DNA of 64,000 nt from the NCBI GenBank assembly GCA_037439545.1, contig JBBIVV010000001.1, positions 35,469 through 99,468 of the forward strand. Reading direction: 5' to 3'. Source of the DNA: a bacterium (GTDB lineage Bacteria; JAMCPX01). The notes beneath the pieces were generated by a model. That model ran no database searches. It was not told the DNA's origin and was given only the letters and a program-made list of their open reading frames with translations. Both the position numbers and the translations under genes were made by a program. This document shows, in pieces, positions 27,934 through 36,743 of this stretch; the stretch's first letter is position 1; each line of letters starts with the position of its first letter.

Positions 27934-29613
27934 ATGCAACAACATAAACTTTTAATAGTTACGTGGCTGTCGGATATTACGAACAGCATTCATCAGATAC
28001 TGAAAAACAACGAATATGTGTTTGACAGCGCTTCTACCCCGATTGAGGCTATGAATGCAATCGGGAAATATGCCTATAAGGTCATAGTGATTGACAGCTT
28101 ATTGCCGGGAGTGAATGGTTATCAATTGGTGAAACGTCTCAGGAATACACCTCATGCGGAAAATACAAAATTCATTGTTTTCATGAACAATTTACCTCAC
28201 GACAAACATGAAGATGTGAGCAAACGCTGGGGTATATATGCTTTGTTGAAGAAACCTGTGAAATCCGATGAAATGATGCTCATACTGAAGAAAGCAGAGG
28301 CTTATGACCTGCCAAGCGAAAAATTAGAGATGCATTCTTCTGAATCAACCGAGGCAATGCTGGCAGAGCTTGCCAGTGTTCTATGGACTGGCAAAACGAC
28401 ATGTTATGGCAAGGGCGGTATTATAAAGGAGATTTACTGGGACAGCGGTAATCCTGTTTTTGCAATAAGTAATGATGAGGACGAAAGACTTGATAAATGG
28501 CTTTTAAAAACACAGCAAGTGACTGAGGGCGTACTTAAATCAGCCTATGATATAATGAATAAAAGAGGCAAAAGGCTTGGCGATGCACTTATAATGCTTG
28601 GAGCCATTAGTGAGGACAACCTTGAGACGGCTATTTCCGATAACATGAAAGCGGTCATTATGGATCTGTTTTCATGGGATGGGGTAGAGTATACAAAAGA
28701 AGAAAAGGTAACAGGTATAAAAGAGCTGACCTCAATAAAAGATTCCCTGCCCGTAATGCTTTTTGAAGGTGTAAAAAGAAGAACTGACATGGAACGTATA
28801 AAGAAGAAGTTAGAATCAGAGGGTGGAATCGTGAGCTTTATGCCCGATAACATATTTAATATCGAAGATTTCAAATTTCCGCATTCGTATAACAGGATAA
28901 TGAACCTTATTAATGGCAAGAGAACGATATACGAGCTGATCGCTAAAAGCGGTGTGGCTCAGGACGATGCATATAGATTTATTTATATTTTATTCCTTTT
29001 AAAGTTTATAAAGCTTGGAGCTCCAGCCAACGAAGATAAGGACGGCCTTGGCAACATGCCGAAGATACAGGCAGATCCGAACAGGAAAACCAGATTTACA
29101 GGTAGTCTCAATGACATATCGATAATAGAACTTATTCAAATGCTCGAGTTCAACAGAAAATCCGGTGCACTTCAGATCAATGATGCAAATGAGATTGGCT
29201 GGCTTTTGTTCAATAAGGGAAGGATTACAGATGCATATTATGGAGATCTCACGAGACAGAATGCGGTGTACAGAATATTGTTCCTTACAGAAGGAGAATT
29301 TGAGATAAAATTTAAAGATATCGTGGGTGATCCGAGAATAGACATAGATACCCAAACGTTATTGATGGAAGGATTACGCCTGCTTGATGAAATCAAAAGG
29401 ATCGAACCTACATTCGGTAGTCTCAAAAAGCGGTTTATGATAAATTCATCTCACCGGTTCAATGCAGAAGAAGAAAAGGAAGAACTTTCGCGCATATTCA
29501 ATGGCAAGAATGATATGTTGACATCTGCATTTATGCTGAATCCGGATCCGCAGATAGGCTTTGACATTATGAACACGCTGTTAAAAAATAATGTAATCGA
29601 GGAAGGAAAATGA
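27934..29613 (+). CDS. Atypical receiver-domain protein with two repeat modules I recall as DUF4388-like (family name uncertain)
   Basis: N-terminal CheY-like fold (KVIVIDSLLPGVNG, ALLKKP) but the acidic pair is degenerate (LIVTWLSD); two repeats of a roughly 90-aa module (LAELASVLWTGKTTCYGKGGIIKEIYWDSGNPVFA... and ISIIELIQMLEFNRKSGALQINDANEIGWLLFNKGRITDAYYG...). Confidence 0.45.
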   Translation: MQQHKLLIVTWLSDITNSIHQILKNNEYVFDSASTPIEAMNAIGKYAYKVIVIDSLLPGVNGYQLVKRLRNTPHAENTKFIVFMNNLPHDKHEDVSKRWGIYALLKKPVKSDEMMLILKKAEAYDLPSEKLEMHSSESTEAMLAELASVLWTGKTTCYGKGGIIKEIYWDSGNPVFAISNDEDERLDKWLLKTQQVTEGVLKSAYDIMNKRGKRLGDALIMLGAISEDNLETAISDNMKAVIMDLFSWDGVEYTKEEKVTGIKELTSIKDSLPVMLFEGVKRRTDMERIKKKLESEGGIVSFMPDNIFNIEDFKFPHSYNRIMNLINGKRTIYELIAKSGVAQDDAYRFIYILFLLKFIKLGAPANEDKDGLGNMPKIQADPNRKTRFTGSLNDISIIELIQMLEFNRKSGALQINDANEIGWLLFNKGRITDAYYGDLTRQNAVYRILFLTEGEFEIKFKDIVGDPRIDIDTQTLLMEGLRLLDEIKRIEPTFGSLKKRFMINSSHRFNAEEEKEELSRIFNGKNDMLTSAFMLNPDPQIGFDIMNTLLKNNVIEEGK

Positions 29614-30212
29614 AAATTCTCTGTGACAAATGCGGCAATGAATTTGTAATCAAAGAAAACAATATAAGAAAACAATCCTATACAATGAGATGCCCTGTGT
29701 GTAAAAACCCCATCAATGTCAAGAGGGCAGAAGCACACGATAGTATATATGGTAAGGGTGAAAAAGCCGGTTCAACGGCAATCCAGCATCCGGCAGCCGT
29801 ATCGGTAACTACAGATATTTTACATGAGAAGACAACGGAAAACCGTGCAGCGAACCGTATAGCAGAAAGAAATAATCTTATCGCACAACAAGACATGCTT
29901 AAACAGATTGAAAATGGTTCGGATAGTATCGTGGAGGCATCTGAAAGTTTTATCGACGATGAAGGGATCGAAAGCTCTATGGAATCACGCAGAAAGGAGG
30001 ATGTCCGGCACTGGTTAATTCAGCTTGTCGATGGCATGGATGTCCCTTTTCTTGCAAGAAAATATATACCGTATATTTACTATACAATGGCGACAGTTAC
30101 TGTTTTTACCATACTATTTTTCTTTGACGATTTCATTAAGCTTCATGGCATAACACGCGGCGTTTTATCGATGTTTATACAGGCGTTCCATGATTTAAAA
30201 CACTATATATAA
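29610..30212 (+). CDS. Zinc-ribbon domain protein with C-terminal transmembrane segment
   Basis: MKILCDKCGNEFVIKENNIRKQSYTMRCPVCKNPINV (CxxC...CxxC zinc ribbon), acidic linker, C-terminal hydrophobic helix; start overlaps the upstream stop (ATGA). Confidence 0.4.
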   Translation: MKILCDKCGNEFVIKENNIRKQSYTMRCPVCKNPINVKRAEAHDSIYGKGEKAGSTAIQHPAAVSVTTDILHEKTTENRAANRIAERNNLIAQQDMLKQIENGSDSIVEASESFIDDEGIESSMESRRKEDVRHWLIQLVDGMDVPFLARKYIPYIYYTMATVTVFTILFFFDDFIKLHGITRGVLSMFIQAFHDLKHYI

Positions 30213-31012
30213 TGGATAGCTACAGGGATGCTGTAACATATAATCTCGGTTTATTAAAATTTATAAGTGGTATTGTTTATCATGACTCCACAGACTCTAC
30301 CAATACCATTGCATCGGGGCTTGCTCATGCAGGAGCTAAGGAATGGACGGTGGTTGTTGCAGATTCGCAGAATAATGGCCGCGGCAGGCAGGGGAGAGTA
30401 TGGCATTCGCCGCCGAACACGAACATATACACATCTTTTATGGTAAAACCTGATATTTCGTATGAGTATTTTCCGGCAATGAGTTTACTGGCAGGCATGG
30501 TCGTTGCCCTGCTCATTGAACAATTTACCGGAATGCCGATGGAAATCAAATGGCCCAATGATGTAATTGTCCATAATGAGAAGATAAGCGGCATACTGCT
30601 TGAACTCGGGAATGATGTTGATAACCGTGCGTATGTCGTTGTTGGTATCGGTATAAATGTAAATGCCGATGTAACCGTTTATCCCGATACTATTGCTTTA
30701 CTGTCAACGTCACTGATGCGGTTAACAGGTAAGGCATTCGACAGGGCTGAAATGATTGGCTGTCTGTACTCTATATTTTACAAATGGTATTCTCTGTACA
30801 TAAGCCGTCCTGGATTTAACTGTATACGGGAACAATACATGCAAAGATTCAAAATGATGGGGAAAGAGGTTGCCATAGTAAATGGTGCAGAAACTGTACG
30901 CGGTGTGGTAAAAGATATTGATAACTATGGGAGATTAGTGATAAAAGACTCCGATGATAGCATAGTTACCGTTAAGTCAGGAGATGTCCATTTGGTAAGG
31001 ACAGCAGTATAG
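30212..31012 (+). CDS. birA: Biotin--[acetyl-CoA-carboxylase] ligase (BirA catalytic domain, no HTH)
   Basis: DSTNTIASGLAHAGAKEWTVVVADSQNNGRGRQGRVWHSPP (GRGRxGRxW biotin-ligase motif), KWPNDV; 266 aa. Confidence 0.7.
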   Translation: MDSYRDAVTYNLGLLKFISGIVYHDSTDSTNTIASGLAHAGAKEWTVVVADSQNNGRGRQGRVWHSPPNTNIYTSFMVKPDISYEYFPAMSLLAGMVVALLIEQFTGMPMEIKWPNDVIVHNEKISGILLELGNDVDNRAYVVVGIGINVNADVTVYPDTIALLSTSLMRLTGKAFDRAEMIGCLYSIFYKWYSLYISRPGFNCIREQYMQRFKMMGKEVAIVNGAETVRGVVKDIDNYGRLVIKDSDDSIVTVKSGDVHLVRTAV

Positions 31013-31040
31013 TATTAAATAAAAACGGAGAGAGAAGATA

Positions 31041-31817
31041 ATGTTTCTTGCAATAGACGTAGGCAATACAAATATTGTTTTCGGCGTATTTGACGGTGAT
31101 AATTTACTTACCCACTGGAGGGTCGTAACTTCACGGGAAAGAACAGTGGATGAGTATAAGCTGTTACTCAGGGAATTATTTGAACTTGGCGGTGTAAAAA
31201 TATCTTCTATCGATGGTATAGCAATTTCATGCGTCGTTCCACCCGTAATAATGTCCCTCGAGAAAGCATGTGAAGATCTGTACGGTATAAAGCCTGTCGT
31301 AATAGGTCCCGGCATTAAAACGGGCATAAGCATACTTTATGATAATCCGAGGGAGGTTGGCGCTGACAGAATAGTCAATGCGGTTGCCGGATACGATAAA
31401 TACAAAAAGAATCTTATAATAGTGGATTTCGGTACGGCTACCACATTTGATTGTGTCGGTAAAAAAGGTGAATATCTTGGAGGAGTAATAGCTCCGGGCA
31501 TCGGTATTTCGCTTGAGGCCCTGTTTACACACGCATCTAAACTGCCAAGGATTGAAATAACTGCACCGCCGCATGTTATAGGCACAAACACTGTCAACAG
31601 TATGCAATCGGGCATATTTTATGGGTACAAAGCCCTCGTCGAGGGCATTATAAAACTTATTTCGAAGGAGATGAAGGAAGAAAAACCTGTGGTCATCGCA
31701 ACAGGAGGATTTGCAGAATTGATAGGTAATGCTACATCCTTTATAAACGATGTAGATGAATTCTTGACATTAAAAGGGTTAAAGCTAATATATAGTAAGA
31801 ATATTACTAAAAAATAA
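31041..31817 (+). CDS. coaX: Type III pantothenate kinase CoaX
   Basis: MFLAIDVGNTNIVFGVFDGD..., GADRIVNAVAG, IIVDFGTATTFD: canonical CoaX. Confidence 0.85.
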   Translation: MFLAIDVGNTNIVFGVFDGDNLLTHWRVVTSRERTVDEYKLLLRELFELGGVKISSIDGIAISCVVPPVIMSLEKACEDLYGIKPVVIGPGIKTGISILYDNPREVGADRIVNAVAGYDKYKKNLIIVDFGTATTFDCVGKKGEYLGGVIAPGIGISLEALFTHASKLPRIEITAPPHVIGTNTVNSMQSGIFYGYKALVEGIIKLISKEMKEEKPVVIATGGFAELIGNATSFINDVDEFLTLKGLKLIYSKNITKK

Positions 31818-31832
31818 TTGTAAGGAGGCTTA

Positions 31833-32324
31833 ATGGCTTCTGAAAATGCAGAAGACTTTTTTGAACAGGCTCTTAAATTAATAAAAGCAGGTAAGAGTCG
31901 TGAAGCCTTTGAATTACTGAAGAAGCTTGTCGAAAATGCGCCATCTTCTATTTATGAGATAGAGGCCAGGTACCTGTCGTATTATGGTTATCTGACAGGT
32001 ATGGTTGCTCACAACTATCAACGCGGTATCGAGCTGTGTAATGAGGCTATAAAAAGAGAATTCTTCCATCCTGATTTTTATCTCAACCTCGGAAGGCTGC
32101 ATCTGGCCATTAACAATAAGGGTATGGCTGTAAAGACCTTTTATAAAGGTTTGAGGATTGATAGAACGAATAAGGGACTCATAGAAGAAATAAAAAAATT
32201 GGGTGTAAGAAAGAAACCCATTTTTTCGTTCCTGGGCAGGGAGCATCCTGTCAACAAGCTCGTCGGTAAAATCAGGACATCATTCCACGGATTAATAAGG
32301 GGGAAAAATGGCCGGAAACAATGA
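31833..32324 (+). CDS. Hypothetical helical (TPR-like) protein
   Basis: 163 aa, helical repeat-like (EAFELLKKLVENAPSS...YYGYLTGM...ELCNEAIK...YLNLGRLHLAIN); first gene of a tightly coupled five-gene operon. Confidence 0.35.
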   Translation: MASENAEDFFEQALKLIKAGKSREAFELLKKLVENAPSSIYEIEARYLSYYGYLTGMVAHNYQRGIELCNEAIKREFFHPDFYLNLGRLHLAINNKGMAVKTFYKGLRIDRTNKGLIEEIKKLGVRKKPIFSFLGREHPVNKLVGKIRTSFHGLIRGKNGRKQ

Positions 32325-34392
32325 TCACACGAGGAATATCGCAATTATAGGTATTGGTGCAAGCGGAAAAACGCAGCTCGCAGATACTTTTCTCTTCAAT
32401 GCAAAAGCAGTTCCAGGCATAGGGAAAGTAATAGATAAAACATCCAACATGGTCCTTGAGCAGGAGGAATTTGAGCATCTTACAACCATTACTGCCTCTC
32501 TCGCTACTGTTGAAATCAACGGAATAAAATTCAATTTTATCGATACGCCGAGTCAGGACGGATTTATTGCTGAAACGATCAATTCTCTCCAGTCTGTTGA
32601 CGGTGCAATCTTTTTAATGAGTGCACAAACCGATATAAAGCAGGAGGCAGAAACACTCATGAAGTATACGGCAGCATTTCATCTGCCGGTCATCTTTCTT
32701 ATAAACAAGATGGATGGCGAAAATGCGGATTTTTACAACGCACTGCATGAATACGGCACGTACCTGAATATCAAACTTACGCCTGTTGCCCTGCCAATCG
32801 GGAGCGGTGAGAAGTTCGAAGGTATTTATAATATCATTGATAAGAAAACATATCTTTATCCAAAAGATGCTTCCGGTCATCCGAAACAGGTTGCAGGCAA
32901 CATACCTGAAGATGTTGAGGAATTTGAGAAGGGATTGTTCGAGACTGCTGCTGAAAACGACGATGCCCTGCTCGAGAGGTACCTGAACAATGAAAAATTA
33001 AAGGTTGAAGAAATAATCGAACCTATAAAAAAGGCGGTCTCATCCAGAAACATGTTCCCGGTCATGCCTGGTTCCGCGCTGCTTAACATTGGTATGGACA
33101 AATTGACCGAGTTCTGTTTTTCATGGCTCCCTGCTCACCACGAAGTAAATGGGAAAACAATTCTAAAACCCTCCCATGGAGACGGGGCCATTGAGGTCAA
33201 GCGCACTGCATCGGAAAAGCCGGTTCTTTTTATATTTAAGACGACGATAGATCCTTATTCCGGTAAGATGAGCTATGCAAGGATTCTTGCCGGCAGGATA
33301 AATCAGGATACAGTCGTTTATAATGCCTCAACAGGGGCGGAAGAGAAAACAAACCATATTTACACCATGATAGGGAAGAAGAGCAAACTTATCAATGCGG
33401 CAGAGTGCGGCGACATTGTTGCGCTCGCAAAGCTGCAGGCAACCAGGACAGGAGATACGCTGAAAGCAATAAAGGATGCATTTGCTGTTCCGCAGTTATA
33501 CAGGCCGAAAAAACTTGTTTCGTATGCGGTTAAACCCAAGGGTAAGAGCGATGAGGAAAAGGTTACACAGACACTGAACAAAATCCTCGAGGAGGACACA
33601 TCGCTATCACTCAGGAGGGATGCTCAGTTAAAGGAATTGATACTTGAGGGTGTGTCTAAAGAACAGCTTGAAATTGTTATGCATAAAGCGAGGAGGAAAT
33701 ACGGCATAGATTTAGAGTTGGTCTTGCCGGACATCCCATACAAAGAGACCATAAAAGGAAGAGCAGAGGCACAGGGTAAGTATAAAAAACAATCAGGGGG
33801 CAGGGGGCAGTATGGTGATGTATGGATAAAGCTTGAACCGCTTGCAAGGGGAAGAGGTGTTGAATTTATAGACAAAATAGTCGGAGGTGCTATACCAAGA
33901 CAGTATATACCTGCAGTAGAAAAGGGGATAAGGGACGCAACGACGGAAGGTTTCCTTGCAGGTTTCCCGGTTGTAGATTTTGCTGCAACTGCGTATGATG
34001 GATCATATCATGATGTTGATTCATCCGAACTTGCATTTAAGATTGCAGGTTCGTTTGCTTTTAAAAAGTGTATGGAGAGTGCAATCCCTGTAATACTTGA
34101 ACCTATAATGTTAATTACTGTAACAGTGCCGGAGGCCTTTACCGGAGAGGTTATAGGCGGGCTTAATTCTAAAAGGGCAAAGATACTCGGTATGGCTCAG
34201 GATGAGAATAAGAAGCAGGTGATAAAGGCACATGTGCCTTTATCAGAGGTTCAAATGTATGGAGATGAATTGCGTTCCATAACAAAGGGGATGGGGACTT
34301 TTGATATCGAATACTTCGGCTATGAGGAGGTTCCTTCGCATATAGCTGAAAAGATTATTGGCAGTAAAAATAAAAAAGAAGTAAAGGTATAG
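32308..34392 (+). CDS. EF-G-family translational GTPase paralogue with degenerate G3 motif
   Basis: G1 GIGASGKT, switch-I-like EHLTTITAS, G3 position reads IDTPSQDGF (canonical DTPGHVDF), G4 NKMD, G5 GSAL; C-terminal EF-G domain IV/V signature (QSGGRGQYGDVWIKLEPL...FAFKKCME); 694 aa. Confidence 0.7.
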   Translation: MAGNNDHTRNIAIIGIGASGKTQLADTFLFNAKAVPGIGKVIDKTSNMVLEQEEFEHLTTITASLATVEINGIKFNFIDTPSQDGFIAETINSLQSVDGAIFLMSAQTDIKQEAETLMKYTAAFHLPVIFLINKMDGENADFYNALHEYGTYLNIKLTPVALPIGSGEKFEGIYNIIDKKTYLYPKDASGHPKQVAGNIPEDVEEFEKGLFETAAENDDALLERYLNNEKLKVEEIIEPIKKAVSSRNMFPVMPGSALLNIGMDKLTEFCFSWLPAHHEVNGKTILKPSHGDGAIEVKRTASEKPVLFIFKTTIDPYSGKMSYARILAGRINQDTVVYNASTGAEEKTNHIYTMIGKKSKLINAAECGDIVALAKLQATRTGDTLKAIKDAFAVPQLYRPKKLVSYAVKPKGKSDEEKVTQTLNKILEEDTSLSLRRDAQLKELILEGVSKEQLEIVMHKARRKYGIDLELVLPDIPYKETIKGRAEAQGKYKKQSGGRGQYGDVWIKLEPLARGRGVEFIDKIVGGAIPRQYIPAVEKGIRDATTEGFLAGFPVVDFAATAYDGSYHDVDSSELAFKIAGSFAFKKCMESAIPVILEPIMLITVTVPEAFTGEVIGGLNSKRAKILGMAQDENKKQVIKAHVPLSEVQMYGDELRSITKGMGTFDIEYFGYEEVPSHIAEKIIGSKNKKEVKV

Positions 34393-34393
34393 T

Positions 34394-35539
34394 ATGGATA
34401 AAAAAGACAAAGAAACAAAAAAAACAATAGCAGATGAGCTGTTGGAAGATAATTTCTTTAAGCCTCCCATGGATGATGTGATTGATGATGAGGTGCCGGA
34501 AAAACATGGTGTTTCGGATGCAGGAGAGGAAGGACCTGAAAAAAGTGACAGCAGTCTTCTCTTTGATGAGTTTCTTAAATCGCCCGTTGAAATATCACCT
34601 GAAGAAACTTCTGAATTAACGATAGAGGAAAGGCCTGTTATCCCTCAGACTCGGGAGGCAATTCCCGACATACATCCCACGGTATCTGCATCCCGGTCTG
34701 CAGCAGTTCTAAAGACTGCAGGACCTTCCGGAAGCAAGATGAAGTTGATAATAGCATCTCTCGGAGGCGGTGCGGTCCTTTTATTAGCAGTTGCCGGATA
34801 TTTTTATTTAGGTCATAAATCCACTGATACGACCCGGAGCACTGCCGTAACAGGCTCACAAACTATTGTCATGACTCATGAAACACCGCCTTCCGGAGTA
34901 CAGCCTCCTGAAGTTACCCGTGAGAGCGCCAAACCTGCACCATTGCCTGACGGCAATCATGAAAACAACCCGACGGTCAAGGAACAGACACCGCATCAGC
35001 CAGGTCAGCAGGTAGCTGAGAATGTTCCTCCTGTTCAAACGTCTCAGCCTGCCCAGACAATCCAGGAAGCGTCAAAACAGTTTGAAGTTGCACTCGAGAA
35101 GATCAAGACAAAAGCAGCATTGGACAGGGTAAAACGGATTGGAGCTTCAATAGATAAATCATTAAATTTCGATATCAAGGAAAATACGGCGAACAATACC
35201 CTGTATAACCTTTATGTCGATAAAATATATTCCTCGGAAGGCGAGGCTACAGCGGACAATCTTAAACTTATGGTAGCCAATATATCGAACGCTTCGGTTA
35301 TTAAGGCTGATGGAGGATACCGGATACTTATAGGTAAATACAACTCAAGAGGACCCGCCGATACTGATATGAAGAATATAGAATCAGCAGGACTTAAAGG
35401 GGTAATAAAAGAAGCTACCAGTAAAGTTTCAACCTATAATATAAGAGTTTTTCCTTTCAAATCATCGAAAGATGCCAAAGAGTATATTTCGAAAGTGAGA
35501 AAATTAGCGTTCAAGGCAAGCTTTTCAGAAATAAAATAA
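34394..35539 (+). CDS. Membrane-anchored protein with acidic N-terminus, Pro/Gln-rich linker and C-terminal SPOR-like repeat(s)
   Basis: TM segment LIIASLGGGAVLLLAVAGYFYL; low-complexity PPEV/QPGQQ region; C-terminus GGYRILIGKYNSRGPADTDMKNIESAGLKGVIKE and TYNIRVFPFKSSKDAKEYISKV resemble SPOR (RNP-like peptidoglycan-binding) motifs. Confidence 0.45.
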   Translation: MDKKDKETKKTIADELLEDNFFKPPMDDVIDDEVPEKHGVSDAGEEGPEKSDSSLLFDEFLKSPVEISPEETSELTIEERPVIPQTREAIPDIHPTVSASRSAAVLKTAGPSGSKMKLIIASLGGGAVLLLAVAGYFYLGHKSTDTTRSTAVTGSQTIVMTHETPPSGVQPPEVTRESAKPAPLPDGNHENNPTVKEQTPHQPGQQVAENVPPVQTSQPAQTIQEASKQFEVALEKIKTKAALDRVKRIGASIDKSLNFDIKENTANNTLYNLYVDKIYSSEGEATADNLKLMVANISNASVIKADGGYRILIGKYNSRGPADTDMKNIESAGLKGVIKEATSKVSTYNIRVFPFKSSKDAKEYISKVRKLAFKASFSEIK

Positions 35540-35540
35540 T

Positions 35541-36743
35541 ATGTTTGAGAATCTATCGGATAATGCAAAACTTTATTTAAAAGAATCAGTGCCGGCGCAG
35601 CTCGTGTCTGCTGTTGTAAGGGGCTTGGTGCCGCTTGAGCCGAAGGAACTGCTGATAGTGATTGCCTATCATTATGTGAATGGTAACGATCAGATAAAAG
35701 CTGATGCAGTAAATACCCTTAAATCTCTTCCATCCAACATTATCGACACCGTGGTCGGAGGCGATGTGCCTGATTTTGTCCTTGGATTCATATATCACAA
35801 CAGCACACTATCACAGACTGCCGTTTATCCTTTTATAACAAACAAGAATCTTTCGGATGACATGTTTATAGAACTTGCGCGCAGCGATAATGAAGCAATT
35901 CTTGAACTTATTGCAAAGAACCAGATGAGGATCCTGAAGAATGACAAGATATTCGATACAATCATTACGAATCCACATTTACCGAAGATATTGAGGGACC
36001 AACTCATGGAGTTTTTTGCGACCTTGGCAAGTAAACAGCTGAGGAAGCTCAATATTAAAATAGAAAAAAAAGATGTCCGGCAGCCTGATAAAACAAAAGA
36101 CCTTCCTTCATCTGTAATCAATCCTGCAGGTTTGCCCTCTGATCTAAAATCATCTGATCTTCCTTCTGACATGCAGGGGCAGGGACTCCCTTCAAATGTT
36201 GCCATGCTTCCTTCAAACGTACTTTCAGGCTTACCGTCCGATGCGCTCGATAACCTGCCGGTCAACCTTATGATGGAAGGGCTTCCGTCAGAATTAATAC
36301 AGGATGAAGCCGTTCAGATCGAAGATGAAGGTGTCAAATTGACACTTTTTCAACATATACAAAAGATGACTGTTTCCCAGAAGATAAAGCTTGCTTTGCT
36401 CGGAAATAAAGAGGCCCGCACGATACTTTTCAGAGACTCCAACAGGATCGTTATTGAGTCGGTCATGAAGAGTCCCCGCATAACTGACGGTGAAATACTT
36501 GGTATCGCAAATTCACGGAGTGTAAGCGAAGACATTGTCAGGATAATTGCCGCGAACAGAGAATGGCAGAAAAATTACAGAGTTCGCCAGGCACTTGCCG
36601 GCAATCCGAAAACTCCTGTGCCCATTGCGTTGAAATTGCTTGAAACTATATCAAAACAGGATTTAAAGAGTCTCAGTAACAGCAAAAATATTTCTTCGGT
36701 TATTGCTACGACAGCAAAACGAATGATAGGAGATGTGAAATAA
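35541..36743 (+). CDS. Hypothetical repeat protein (helical HEAT/ARM-like ends, central degenerate GLPS(D/N/E) repeats)
   Basis: Central run LPSDLKSSDLPSDMQGQGLPSNVAMLPSNVLSGLPSDALDNLPVNLMMEGLPSEL; C-terminal helical repeats (ALAGNPKTPVPIALKLLE). Start ATG overlaps the upstream stop; its stop overlaps the mglA-like start (TAATG). Confidence 0.35.
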   Translation: MFENLSDNAKLYLKESVPAQLVSAVVRGLVPLEPKELLIVIAYHYVNGNDQIKADAVNTLKSLPSNIIDTVVGGDVPDFVLGFIYHNSTLSQTAVYPFITNKNLSDDMFIELARSDNEAILELIAKNQMRILKNDKIFDTIITNPHLPKILRDQLMEFFATLASKQLRKLNIKIEKKDVRQPDKTKDLPSSVINPAGLPSDLKSSDLPSDMQGQGLPSNVAMLPSNVLSGLPSDALDNLPVNLMMEGLPSELIQDEAVQIEDEGVKLTLFQHIQKMTVSQKIKLALLGNKEARTILFRDSNRIVIESVMKSPRITDGEILGIANSRSVSEDIVRIIAANREWQKNYRVRQALAGNPKTPVPIALKLLETISKQDLKSLSNSKNISSVIATTAKRMIGDVK

